This document shows, in pieces, positions 12,323 to 25,387 of a stretch of DNA of 64,000 nucleotides. The position numbers were made by a program, and so were the translations under genes. The stretch's first letter is position 1. Each line of letters opens with the position of its first letter. The stretch spans positions 40,920,001 to 40,984,000 of the forward strand of contig NC_043001.1 in the NCBI RefSeq assembly GCF_006345805.1. The letters run 5' to 3'. Below the pieces are notes generated by a model. The model searched no databases. It saw only the letters and a program-made list of their open reading frames with translations, and was not told where the DNA came from. Origin of the DNA: Octopus sinensis. Lineage: Eukaryota.

Positions 12323-12399
12323 ATGACCAGTCCTGAAAACTCTTCACAGCCTTGGCTTTGTTATCTCATTTTGTCTCATATAAATAGAAATATTCGTTT

Positions 12400-12797
12400 A
12401 TCCTTTTATTTGTTTCAGTCATTTGACTGCGGCCATGCTGGAGCACCTCCTTTAGTCGAACAATTCGACCCTAGGACTTATTCTATCAATCACTTTTGCC
12501 GAACTGCTAAGTTACAGGAATGTAAACACACCAACATCGGTTGTCAAGTGATGGTATGGGGACAAACACAGACACACAAGCATATATATATATATATATA
12601 CACACACACGCACACACATATTTATATATATATTATGACGGGTTTCTTTCAGTTTCTGTTTACCAAATCCACTCGCAAGGCTCTTTGGTAGACATGAGGC
12701 TATAGTAGAAGACACTTGCCCAAGGTGCCACACAGTGGGACTGAACCTGGAATCATGTGGCTGGTAAGCAAGCTACTTACCACACAGCCACTCCTGT
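12400..12797 (-). mobile_element. OK-like SINE with CR1-type tail
   Basis: Reverse-complement head caggagtggctgtgtggtaagtagcttgctt..ggttcagtcccactg; internal (TG/TA)n; tail ggtgctccagcatggccgcagtcaaatgactgaaac. Confidence 0.85.
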
Positions 12798-13351
12798 ATA
12801 TGCATGTATGTATGTGTGTATATATATATGTCCTTGTTTGTGCCCTCTATGTTTAGCCCCTTGTGGGCAATAAAGAAATATATATATATATATATGCTAT
12901 GTATAAAAACTTACATATGGTTTGACCAAAGATTGGTCCAGGCCATGTCAAACTTAATAGCACCACCTGATAAGATTATCTAAATCCTTTTTAAGTCAAG
13001 TTTTGTGGTATTATGGTTCATTCAAGTAGTGAGTTCTTGTTGAGTGAGTTGTATCCAGGTATGGGTGGCTTATCTGATATTCCTTTATATACTATATATA
13101 TATCGCTTTATACATAGTGATACTAATACATATGCTTCAGAACAAAGTGTCAGTCAAGTACAGAGCAGTAACTAGATAAGCAGCTCATTTTAAGATAGAT
13201 ACACAAGTAAAATTACTAACAGAGAAACGAAAATAAATTTTGGAAACAGCAACGCCACCATAGGCATATATTTATATATATATGTGTATGTGCATATATG
13301 TTTGTATGTGTGGTGTGTATATATATCTATCTATCTATATATATATATATT

Positions 13352-13387
<36 letters not shown>

Positions 13388-13388
<1 letters not shown>

Positions 13389-13510
13389 TGTACAAGACAT
13401 TGTAGATCTTTAGCTGGGCTAAAAAGTCACATTTGATCACAGCACCAGTAACAGTTAAGCTTCGTGCAGTGGCCATACTCGATAACGAGGGGGCAGCCAT
13501 AATAATAATA
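13388..13510 (+). mobile_element. Extreme 3' end of a second RTE-type LINE family
   Basis: Encodes CTRHCRSLAGLKSHI*SQH (C-terminal Cys/His knuckle seen in RTE ORFs), then a ctcg-ataa-cgag hairpin and a (TAA)n tail. Confidence 0.6.
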
Positions 13511-13527
13511 TATATATATATATATAT

Positions 13528-14135
13528 ACTAGCAGCTAAGCTCGGTTTCACCTGGTCAGTTTGGATGGTGTGGCTGTAAAACCTGTTGTGTGTAAGCATT
13601 CAGCTTATTTGGGCACGCTTACATTAAAAAATAATTTTAGAATTATATTTTTTCTGTCAAAACAATAAAAATAACTGACCAATAAAAAAAAAACCAACCA
13701 AGATTCAACCAAATCAAAAAACAGACCCAAATACTAAGCAAACAAAAATGAACCATCCCAGTTCCATTGCACAAGCACATTCACATACCCCCATCCCTTT
13801 TACATACATGCACATATAATCCCACAGAATTGAAATGCTGTTTGATTTATTTTTTTCAGCATACAATTTTCATCATCCCACTACTAGGTATGATATCACC
13901 CCATCCTTCCTTATTCATCTATCACCCATTCATTTCTCATTCATAAACACAAGAGTATTATTATAGTAGATTATCTCGGCAACCATGGGAGCTATGAAAA
14001 ATACAAAGCCCAGCATCACCACCAGATCATTCTACACATCTGTGTAATTTTTTGCGCAATTTCACCCAGACGCAATTTCACCCGTGAATCTCAAGACAAG
14101 AAAGAATCGACCATGTCAAATTTATATGTATAGAT
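13528..14135 (+). mobile_element. Non-autonomous Helitron-like (Lep1/DINE-type) element
   Basis: Begins ACTAGCAG..ctcggtttcacctgg and has termini ttattatagtagat (13971) and tttatatgtatagat (14135), inserted in TA context. Based on terminal patterns only. Confidence 0.4.
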
Positions 14136-14140
14136 ATATA

Positions 14141-14196
<56 letters not shown>

Positions 14197-14414
14197 CAAA
14201 TTTACAGAAAACAAAACACAAAGACAGGTGAGGGAACAACATAGAGGTGTATAAGTTTGATGCTCATGAAGAATGGAAAAGTCTTCGGTGTTTCTTTGAC
14301 AGAAAGATCTGAGAGAAAATGTTGTATTTTGGGATGGTCATATTTTTTTTCTTTTTTTGGTCACTATATATTCATTCTTCACTCATTTATTACTGTTCTT
14401 ATTCTAACTTATGT

Positions 14415-14464
14415 CCATTGTCCAGAAATCTTTCGTCACACATCTGTGACCTCTTCAGCAACAC
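14415..14464 (-). ncRNA. Degenerate hammerhead-like motif
   Basis: Reverse complement: CUGAAGA-g-GUCACA gaug UGUGAC-GAAA. Stem II is perfect, but stem I and the cleavage site are poor. Confidence 0.45.
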
Positions 14465-14726
14465 TTTCCGTCTTGGAGAAAGAATGACAAAAAAAGGGAG
14501 AGAGAAAAATATGTGTAGGGATTAATGGTTCAACATGATGATATGACCGGAATGGGTTGACATTATTTGATGGGCCCAAGGACTGCATTGTACTCCAGTG
14601 ATTATTTTAGCATGATTTCTACAACTAGATATTCTCCCCAGCACAAACCACTTTACATCATGTACTGGATGCTTTTCTTGTGCACTAGTGAGGTTGCCCA
14701 TTAGATAGAAACAATGAACCCAAATT

Positions 14727-14956
14727 GGCGAATTGACAAACAAGTTAGCACGCAGGGCGAAATGCTTAGCGGTATTTTGTCTGCCATTACGTTCTGAGTT
14801 CAAATTCCGCCAAGGTCGACTTTGCCTTTCATCCTTTCGGGGTCGATAAATTAAGTACCAGTTGTGCACTGGGGTCGATGTAATCGACTTAATCCCTTTG
14901 TCTGTCCTTGTTTGTCCCCTCTATGTTTAGCCCCTTATGTGCATTAAAGAAATAAG
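14727..14956 (+). mobile_element. SINE with Nin/Deu-like central domain
   Basis: B box gagttcaaattcc then gcctttcatcctttcggggtcgataaattaagtacca. Many copies in the window. Confidence 0.85.
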
Positions 14957-15269
14957 GAACAATGAACCCAAGGTGAGGGTATGGGTGATGAGGATTTGAA
15001 GTATGAGTGAAGGGGCCAGACCAGAGCAGATTTCTCGGTGTAGAGGAGCCACATGGCTTCTCACATGTAGGATAGAGAAGGAAAGTGATTGGGTGGAACT
15101 GGAAAGAGATAAAATAGGGGATGAAGGAACTGGGTAGTCTCCTCAAGATACAAGGAACAAGGTGAGTGGGTTGAGAGGAACCAGGAGTGTAGGTGGATAC
15201 ATACATACATGCACACTGTATAACAAGATCTGTCGGAGGAATAATCTTGAGGATAAAGAAATAACAACC

Positions 15270-15935
15270 CACAGTATGGTTGAAGTCATAGCCACTCATA
15301 ATAAAATGGAGTATTGATGGAATGTCCCTGTGAAAAGCTCAATGAAATGTAAACACAATAGACCTGATATAATGATTTGGGATAAAGAAGAGAAACTGTG
15401 TACAGTTGTGGAATTTAGCTGCCCAGCAGATGTTAACATAAAGCTGAAGATCAGTGAAAAAGAGAATACCTATGCTGAACTACTGAAATATCTGCATTTA
15501 CTCTATCCAGATTACAAGTTCAGGTTTGTACCTGTAATTATTGGAGTCTTGAGATATGTAACACATCGCCTAAATACCAATCTTGAGAAATTAGGCTTCT
15601 TAAAACTAGAAAGGACAAAGTTAATTTGAAGACTACAGATCCAATCTGTCACTGGAACTGTAAAAATCTGTAAAACTTCCAGACGTTTATCACTTAAATA
15701 TATATGAGCATGTCTAGATATACAACTATATGCATGAGAATACATACATAAAGCAAAACATACAAATCTGCACACATACTTAATACATACATATATATAC
15801 ACACATACATACATACACACAAAAATACCCTGTTGTTGATATTGAAATTCCAATGAAGGAGCCTTAAATATTGGTTAGAAACTGGCTCTTTCTCTATTGG
15901 CAAGAAATCTTGAAATAAAACTGAACAATGATGTA
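15270..15935 (+). mobile_element. R4/Dong-like non-LTR element 3' fragment (REL endonuclease)
   Basis: HNRPDIMIWDKEEKLCTVVEFSCP..KENTY..FVPVIIG matches the PD-(D/E) restriction-like endonuclease C-terminus. Confidence 0.85.
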
Positions 15936-16384
15936 CATACATTCATACATACATACATGCATGCATACATACATACATACATACATACATACATACATAC
16001 ATACATGCACACACACATTCAAAAATACATATATATATACATACATGATGGTTGATCCATCTTCACAGGGGATTGCTATTTCCTTGTACTTCTTACTTGT
16101 CAGTGGCATTTTTTGCTTTCTGTCCGTAACCTCTCAGATGACTATTCAATCTCACTGCATGGTTTGTGGCTTTAGTGACAGATGAAAGTTGTGAGTTACT
16201 GCGCACTTCAAACTGGTTGTCTGCACACTTCACCATTGCCATAAGGTTTCCAGTAGATGAGATGACGAATGAGGTCATCATAAAGAGACATCTGTACATT
16301 ATTGGATTACAATGATAGATGCATGTACAATATGAACGCCACTCTCTGAGTTTCCGTCATTTGTTTTTTTTTTGTTTGTTCCTT

Positions 16385-17565
16385 ACTGATACCTTACTGA
16401 CAGCATCCCTGTACAGGGCTTGTACAGCTCCTACCAACCACTTGTCTATCCCTAGTTTCCGCATTGACCACCAGATAAGGGATCAGGGGACTTTGTCAAA
16501 GGCTTTCTCCAAGTCAACAAAAGCCAAGTACAGAGGTTTATCTTTGGCTAGATATTTCTCTGCAGTTGCCTTACCAGAAATATAGCATCAGTGGTGCTTC
16601 TCCCTGGCACAAAACCAAACTGCATCTCATCTAGGCTAACTCTCTCCCTAATTAGTTGGGCTATGATCCTCTCTGTAACTTTCATCACCTGATCCAATAA
16701 TTCAATACTCCTGTAGTTATTTCTATCTAATGCATCACCTTTACCTTTGTAGCAGCTGACTATGGTGCTGCTACACCAGTCATTGTATATGACTCTTTTG
16801 TGAACTACTTGATTTACAATGTGGGTGACAAGACCATAAACCACACTACCCGATATTTCAAGCATCTCAGCAGTGATTCCTGATGGGCCAGGGGCTTTCT
16901 CTGTCTTCATATCCTTAATTGTTTTATCTACCAGGGTACTGTCAATTTGGGTAGCTGGTCCCTCAATTGGGTCAACATTTGGCAGACCCTCCTCCTCCCA
17001 TTCATTCGCCACATTCAGCAGTCTTTCATAATGGTATCTCCAAGCCTCTTTCTTCGCAGAATCACTAAATGCAAGGGCACCATCATCCATGCAGGCACAT
17101 TTTTCTCCACTGTTTTGCAATCCAAAATACTTCAGTTCTTTGATCCTCACATCTCTGAACAATGGCAAACTTCTTTTCTGCTACTCCCTTGGCTATATAT
17201 ACCTATTTCTTTATTACCCACAAGGGGCTAAACATAGAGGAGACAAACATGGACTGACATAGGTATTAAGTCGATTATATCGCCCCAGTGCGTAACTGGT
17301 ACTTAATTTATCGACCCCCGAAAGGATGAAAGGCAAAGTCAACCTCGGCGGAATTTGAACTCACAACGTAACGCAGACGAAATACCACTAAGCATTTCGC
17401 CCGGCGTGCTAACATTTCTGCCAGCTCGCCGCCTTGGCTACATATACCTGTCTCCTAGCTTCCCTTCTGGTTAACTGATACAGTCCCCTGCTACCCCCAC
17501 TCTACTAGGCCTTCCAGGCCTGTGTCTTTGCCCTAATGGCCCTGTCTACAGCATTGTTCAACCAC
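16385..17565 (-). mobile_element. RTE LINE internal fragment, interrupted by a SINE
   Basis: ORF 16548-17168: KAPGPSGITAEML, YKGKGDALDRNNYRSI, QFGFVPGRSTTDAIF. Confidence 0.92.
17205..17433 (-). mobile_element. Full-length Nin/Deu-like SINE with target-site duplication
   Basis: Homologous to 14727. Flanked by ccttggctatatatacct (17187-17204) and ccttggctacatatacct (17432-17449). Confidence 0.9.
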
Positions 17566-18862
17566 CACACACACATACATATACGCACATATATACATAC
17601 ATGCATGCTTATATCTATCTATCAATCTATGCACATACATGCACATATGTACATTTGCATGTATGTAGGTATGTGTTTGTGTGTATGTGCATTTGTATAT
17701 ATAAACACTGAAATTGGTTTTCATTAATTATTGATATGATGATGATGATTGGTTTTTGTGTATCATGAGATATGTTTACATTATAGGCATATATTGATTA
17801 TATGTATGTAAGATGTAAAATCCTTGTGAAATTGATTGAATCTTGGTAAATTGCATTCATTCAGTTAGAGTGGATGTAGATAATGCCATTCGTGTGAATA
17901 ATGTGTTGAATGTTATTATCCTCATTGAAGTAAATGTATTGCTATTAGGGTAAATGAACTGTAAGCTGTTGAACTGGGGGCTATGAACTGTGAAATTTAA
18001 ACGCAAACATCCTCCAAGCTACTTCTGAAAGCAGTGAATATCTTGATATCTTTCAGCTCTGATTTTTTTTGTGATGATATCTAACCCACTATAACCTTGA
18101 TTCTTGAATTTTAGCATACATATTGCAGTTGTATTCTTAAGTTGAATTATCTGAATAAAAATGTAAATGGGAATCATCTTGAAGAATCATGAGCCAGTAT
18201 TTGTGGCAATTCATTTGTTTTATTTTATAACTTTAACCTTCGATGTCAAATGTTAAACCAAGTTTCTATCCTCTGAAAATTCTGTTGAAATTCCTATGAA
18301 AATTTCTGTGAGTCATGATCTGTAAACATGGAAAATTGATATTTTCAAGGGAAGACTCTCCTGGAACATACAACTGCAACTTCTACAGTTGATTGATTCT
18401 ATCAGCTATTGCACCTGAAATTGTGATTTTGTTCATGAATAATCATTGAGAAATCTTAAGTGTTAAAAAAATTTAAGTATCTTTTTCAGTGTTTAGTAAA
18501 ATAAAGTCACAAATTGTTATCATAGCTTGTGTCCTATGTATTACTATTTGTGAATCCTGTTGATGTCCTGTATCATAAATGCATGGTTCAATAAATTATA
18601 ATTTCTGATTGGTGGATACAATTAAATCTGAAGGTTATCAATGCAAGATTTAACCAGGTATTGTATGTTCACACAACCCTAATCTATTGAGATTATATCC
18701 TTTAGTGCCTGTGACATTTGGTATTGTGAAAGCTAAAACTGAGTTATTATAAGTCCTGATATTAAATCTGAATTTGACATGTTTGTTATTAGCTGAAATT
18801 AAGAGTTGTCTAAGTTGAGGAGATGGTTTGGGAACAATTGTTAGTAACTCCTGTTCATCACA

Positions 18863-19300
18863 ATAGAATTGTTAGCATGCCAGAAAAAATACTTCGTGGC
18901 ATTTTGGCCATCCTTACATTCTGATTTCAAATTCCATTGAGATCAACTTTCCCTTTCAGGGTTGATAAAATAAGTACCAGTTGAGCACTGGGATCGATAT
19001 CATCAGCTTGTCCCTCTCACAAAATTTCAGGCCTTGTTCCTATAATAGACAGGATTATTATTATTATTATTGTAAAAGCATGAAGCTGGTAGAATCATTA
19101 GCGTGCCAGACAAAATACTTAGCAGCATTTCATCCATCTTTACATTCAAAGTTTAAATTCTTCTGAGGTTGACTTTGCCTTTCATCCTTTCAGGGTCAAT
19201 AAAATGAGTACCAGTTGAGCACGGGGGCTGGGGTCGATGTAATTGACTATCTCGTTTTCTAAAATTTTAGGCCTTGTGCCTATAGCAGAAAGGATTATAA
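18863..19300 (+). mobile_element. Two tandem older Nin/Deu-like SINEs
   Basis: Two gttagcatgccaga..aaatactt..ttcaaattc..taaaat(a/g)agtaccagttgagcac units, each ending in attatta. Confidence 0.7.
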
Positions 19301-22011
19301 TAATAGCACAAATAGATCTGTGGGGTTCTGTAGCAGCACTTGGAAATTTTTTCTTCAACTACAGTAATTCCCCACCCCACCCCCAATTTACCTATTTAAA
19401 ACATTTCTTATCCATCTCTTTCATATTGTTTATTTGAATTCTGTATTTGAAATTGTTGATTGTCTGATGTTTGAACAGGGCCTAAAGAGTCTTTTGTCTC
19501 TGTTTTCTTTTCAAAGCATCTATTGTTATTTGTATTATGAAAGCTTTTCCTTTTTGTTGATGAGTGATATTTGTATCCTGTGATCTGCATGCTCACATTC
19601 TCTTGGAACAGCCTGTCATGTTCCCTCATCCTGTTGTACTTGGAGTCTTTGTTCTGTCGTTAGTAAGGTGTGGCATAGACGTCATCATACATTCATATGA
19701 TACCTCTTGTCAGTAGTTGACATAGTATTATTTCCGTCATCTGCCACTTAGCTAATTGTTATACTGTTCCTGCTCAATTGTAATGAAATTGCTTCCTTCT
19801 GGACTGAAAAGAAAATGTATGTAAAACTTCAACAAAGGGGTTTTCAAATATTTGTTGGAATTATTGAGCATATACTGATGAAAAGTATGTAATGCAATGT
19901 AATGACTGATGACGTGTCAAAACTTATGTTTGTTGATGTTAACTGTAGCAATGGGTGATATTATTATGTTGGGAGATGAAGCATAGGTATCATGTGTTAG
20001 TAATACATGTAATACATTACATGACCATTGAAAGGCTTCTGTGTGTGGATATGCAATCTATGCAACTTTGTAGCAAGAGCTACAAAATTGCAGAATGCAG
20101 AAGAATAATGACAAAAGTAATATTTTGGGGAACCAAATAAATTTCTTAACGTGATTTGCCTTTTGTAGCAACCCCTTTGACCTTAGTGACTTTTTCCTAT
20201 TGCATTCACTTCCAATATTTCTAAGATAATAAAGACAGCCATTTGCAATAGCATCCTCCAAAACCTTGAATTTCTGTTTTTCTCCCAGTACAGTTTCTAT
20301 AAATCTATCTCAAATGATGATCTACTGTCCTATGTCACCTACCAGTGGGCTCTCAACTTGGAGAAATTTGGTCAATGCAATGTTGTTGATTTTGACATCA
20401 GAAAAAATTGCAGATGTGTCCAGCATGTAGATTTTCTATTGGAACTGCCTACCCATGAGCTCCACCTATCTATCATCTCTTGCATTGGTTGCCTTTTATC
20501 AGTTTTCACTATTGTGACATGTACAGATAGAATTCTTCCTGTTCCTCATTCTATCAACTCTAAAGTTTTCAGGGTTCAGTTTTGTCCCCATACTTTTTTT
20601 TCTTATATACATCATTGACTTACTTGCTGTCATGACTAACAACATTCATTTTTACAGATCACAGGATGACACTTACTGTTCTAGCCTTCCCTGATCATGC
20701 ACAATTTACTTACAACCAGTGCACTACACACTTAACCTGCACCAATTCTATAAATCAAAATACTGAAAGAATCCTTGAATGCAGATATGCCAGTTTTGTC
20801 TCTCTTAACTACAAGAGAAACAAATGTTATTTATATCAAGAAAACATCATCACATTCCACCTCATTTAATAATGAGTAGCACAGAAGTAGAATTTTCACA
20901 ATCACTTCAAATGCTGAACTTTATAATCACTGAAGATCTCTCCTGGTGAAAGTACAACATTTGCATAAATATAAGTTCCTGTCTGTTTTGGTTTGGTTTC
21001 TAGAGCTGGATGCTCTTCCTAATGCCAACCACTTTACAATGTATGCTGGGTGCTTTTAATGTGGCACCAGCACGAGTGCCTTTTACACAGTACCAGTACA
21101 GAACTCTTGTAGGCCAATCTTCTTCACTAGGGGATGAGGTATTCCAGTGATAACATTTGAAAAGAAGAATTTTTCTGAACAAAAACTTGGCAGACTGCTG
21201 CATGTTTTTCTCTCATGTACAGAAGTTATGTGCTGAAATACAATCAAAATTTATCTGATACATTGCAGCTCCATGACAGCCATAGCAGAGAAGTATGACC
21301 AAAAAACATGTTAACTATCCTTTTCCTGTTGTTTTCTTCTTTTGTTATTCAAAAATGTTTTCCCCTATAACTATGAATGAAAGAGCCATAACAGTGAGGA
21401 TACAGAAAGGAGGCTATGATTTGGACAATTTAAATGCTTCTGTTGATTTTCTTTTCTTGATCAGATCCAGTATATGCAAGAACTGAAATGAAGGAAACTA
21501 CTGACTTTTATAGGATTTGTGCTGAGCTGTCAAGTCTTGCATACTCATTCTGGTGAGTGTGTGTGTGTGCACGAGTGCAATCTTTGGATGATTTTCTTAT
21601 AGAGGGGTTAGGGAGTTGGTTAGTTTATTTTTAGTTTGTTTGCTTTTGTTTGAATTATTGGAGTTGTACATTTAAAATGGAAGATTTGGATGTTTATTGT
21701 GTGGATTGTGGGTGTGTTTATATATGTTCAAACATAATCACACCCATAATCAAACAACACAATCACTGAAAATTTCCATATTAAATATAAAACCCAAAGA
21801 TATCAAACAAAACCCAAGTGACTTCAAAATAAATAAACCAACACTACCACATTCCAATAAGGAAAATCTTCCAAACCATCCCTGAATACAACATAACACC
21901 TGCAGCTCACTTAATTCATATCTGGTTCAAAGACATCCCACTGGTGATGAAACCACTGGTCACTCTGTACAATTGAACCATCCAATTACTTCAATAATAT
22001 ACATACATAAG

Positions 22012-22493
22012 CAGTGGCATGGCTGTGTGACAAGAAGTTTGCTTCCCAACCACACAGTCCTGGGTTCTGTCCCTCTGCATGGTACCTTGAGCAAGTACCT
22101 TCTACTATTGCTCTAGACCAACCAGAGCCTTGTGAATGAATTTGGTTGACAGAAACTGAAAGAGGCCTGTTGTGTGTATGTGTATATGTGCATGTGTGTG
22201 TGTGTGTGTGTGTGTTTGTAAATTCATGCACATGTGTGTGTTATATTTGTGTCTTCTTGTTTTGGCATCACATGATTATTGCAAATGAGTATTCCTGTCA
22301 TACAAGCAGCATTAGTCATTTCCAATATTCTGCAACATGTCTGGGTATGGAGAAATATTACCATGAACAGGAAACAAATGCAAGGTTGGCAATAGGGAAG
22401 GCATCCAGCCATAGAAAATCTGCCTCAATAAACTCCATTTGATCCATGTAAGTATGGAAAAGGAGATATTAAAATAATGATAATGATGATGAT
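22012..22493 (+). mobile_element. OK-like SINE with RTE-type tail
   Basis: ggctgtgtgacaagaagtttgcttcccaaccac head, (TG)n, then gggaaggcatccagccatagaaa..(gat)n tail. Confidence 0.8.
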
Positions 22494-22585
22494 GGCATAC
22501 ATTACATACACATAGGTGCTGTCAAGGTCATACATGTAGGCATTTTCTTCTACAATTATGCTGTCTACCTACTTATCTATCTATC

Positions 22586-22749
22586 TAGGTAGGTAGGTAG
22601 GTAGATAGGTAGGTAGGCAGGCAGGTAGGTAGGTAGGTAGGTAGGTAGGTAGGTAGGTAGGTAGGTAGGTAGGTAGGTAGGCAGATATGTAGGTAGGTAG
22701 GTAGGTATATATGTATGTAGGTAGGTAGGTAGGTAGGTAGGTAGGTAGG
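22586..22749. repeat. (TAGG)n microsatellite
   Basis: Read directly from the sequence. Confidence 0.95.
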
Positions 22750-23204
22750 AAGACTGAGTGATAAATTGATGGAAAGATATGTAGATAGCTTGATAAACAG
22801 ATAGAAAGATATATTACAACAAGTATACAGTGAGAATGTCTATCAACAACAAAATTTGTACCTTCAGCACCTAGGGACTATTGTTAATGCTAAATTTGTG
22901 GTAATTTTAAAAATGAACAGGTTGAGTTATGTCGCAGCTTCAATTTACTTAATGCCTTGAAGTGTGACAACACCTGTCACAGTACATAGACAGACACAGT
23001 GTCATGCACACATACACAAAGTTCCATACAGTTTAATATATGAATATAATTATGGACAATTAAAGAAAAATACTTCATTATGTACTATAATTTAGAAACC
23101 TCTGTGGGATTGTTATGCATATACAATATGATTAAATAGATATTTTCTCACCTATGTTGTACAAAAAAAAAGCTTAACTTGTGACTGTTTAGTAAGATTT
23201 AGAT

Positions 23205-23385
23205 GCAGGTGTGGCTATAGGTGCAGGCAAGGCATGCAGGTGAGAAGTTTGCTTCCCAACCACATGGTTTCATGTTCAGTCCCACTGCATGGTACCTTGG
23301 GCACATGTTTTCTGTTCTATTTCCCAGTTGACAAAAGCCTTGTGAATGGATTTAGTAGACAGAAACTGAAAGAAGCCTGTAGTAT
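23205..23385 (+). mobile_element. OK-like SINE 5' half
   Basis: agaagtttgcttcccaaccacatgg..gttcagtcccactgcatggtaccttgggca..cagaaactgaaagaagcc. Confidence 0.75.
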
Positions 23386-23592
23386 ATATATCATGCTTTC
23401 CTGGTCATTTTTTCCTTCTCCAGACCTTTCCTTTCTCTTTCTGAAGAGCTACGCTTGAAATGTAAAAAAAAAAAAACCACTCTTTTTTACACTTTCACTG
23501 AGTGTCATGCTAATATATTCCATGTGTACATCCTTTTGTTGTTTTGTTATTGGTTATATTTAATGTTAAATTTGACTATATATATATAGCTA

Positions 23593-23626
<34 letters not shown>

Positions 23627-23643
23627 TATATATACAGCAGCTA

Positions 23644-23709
<66 letters not shown>

Positions 23710-24087
23710 CTAGCTCCTGTGGAGGGCTCTTCATTGGGCTTTGCACCCTACAATGACACTTCATGCATTGAGTACATATTAAATTTTATTAAACTTGACC
23801 AATATTTTTTTGTCTTCCCATTCGGGAGTCAGTGCAATTTTCTTTCCTGTCTAACCCCTTTATTTCTCTCTCTCTTTCTGTTGATTGTTTTCAAACATCA
23901 CCATCACTAGTACCACCACCATCGCCACCACAACTGCCATACACACACCATTCAGACTTCTGACGCCACCACCTTCAATACCATTTACTTCACCACCTTC
24001 CCTTCCACTACCATCACCACTGTCTTTTACATCACTTACTATCACCATCATCCTTTACCACCAACACCACCACTATCATCTCTGTGG

Positions 24088-24875
24088 TGATTCCTGATGG
24101 ACCAGGGGCTTTCCCTGTCTTCGTACCCATAATTGCTTTATCTAACAAGGTACTGTCAATTCGGATAGCTGGTCAATTCGGATAGCTGGTCAATTCAGAT
24201 AGCTGGTCAATTCGGATAGCTGGTCAATTCAGATAGCTGGTCAATTCAGATAGCTTGTCAATTCAGATAGCTGGTCAATTCGGATAGCTGGTCAATTCAG
24301 ATAGCTGGTCCCTCTGTTGGGTCAGTATTCGGCAGACTATCTTTCTCTCATTCATTCTCTTTATTTAGCAACCTTTCATCGTTGCGTCTCCAAACCTCTC
24401 TCTTTGCAGCCTCATTTAATGCAAGTGAACCATCATCTATACAGACACATTTCTCTCCTACGACATCACGTTACTCTCTCACACACTGTCTTGCAACACG
24501 AAATGCCTCCAGTCTTTGGTCCTCATGGTGCAGAACATTGGCAAATTTTTTCTTATCTGCTTCCCTTCTGGCTAAATAAACCAGTCTCCTAGCTTCCCTA
24601 CTGGCAGTCTGATACAATTCCCTGCTACCACCATTCTTCCAGTCCTTCCAAGCCTGTTTCTTTACCCTAATGGCCCTGTCAACAACATTGTTTCACATTA
24701 CCTTGGGTCAAGAGGGGACTTTGCACCATCCACAGATCTGGTCAGTGGCTCTCAGCAGGTTGTCCCATAGAAACCTCCAGTTGTCTTCCACATCATGTGA
24801 TGCTATATCCCCCTCTATTTCATCAAAAGCTTCAAGTAATATGTCTCTAAATCTCTGTCCATTTGCAGGATCTTT
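24088..24875 (-). mobile_element. RTE LINE internal fragment
   Basis: Reverse complement homologous to 35000-35610 (KAPGPSGIT; KKKFANVL; QICGWCKVPS). Confidence 0.88.
24155..24307. repeat. 17-bp minisatellite x9 (gtcaattcrgatagctg)
   Basis: Nine head-to-tail copies, 153 bp in total. Confidence 0.95.
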
Positions 24876-25387
24876 CACTAGATCTCAAAGGATCCATTTT
24901 TTTCCAGTGACAGGAAGCAGGATTTGATCTCAGAATGAACAAAGTGCAACATATCCAGCCTGTTCAATGCTCTAATAATTCGGCCAATCCATACCCTAGA
25001 CTGGCACTTTATTTATAAACCCCAAAAACTGAAAGGCTAAGTTGGTTTTGGCAAGGTTTGAACTCAGAGCATTAAGAGCCAAATCAAATATTACAAGACA
25101 TTCTGCCCTATGCACTAATGACTACCATTTTGCTAACAAAAGCAATAATAATAACAACAGCAAAAACAACAACAATAATAACCCTTTCTACAATGGGTAC
25201 AAGGCCTGAAATTTTGTGGGAGTGGGATAGTTGAGTACATTGACCCCAGTACACAACTGGTACTTATTTTATTGATTCCAAAAGGATGAAAGGCAAAGTT
25301 GACTTTGGCAGAATTTGAACTTGGAGACTTTGGAGTTTGGATAACTCACCCCTGGAAACATGGGTTTTTTTCATTCCTCAACATTAA

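Noticed and set aside
15844-15891. CCAATGA...GAAA hammerhead-like spacing at the end of the R4-like fragment (similar at ~59925)
   Set aside because: Core and stems are too degenerate to call.
24155-24307. Regular short repeats resembling a CRISPR array (also 251-540)
   Set aside because: Head-to-tail units without unique spacers, no cas genes, eukaryotic LINE context.
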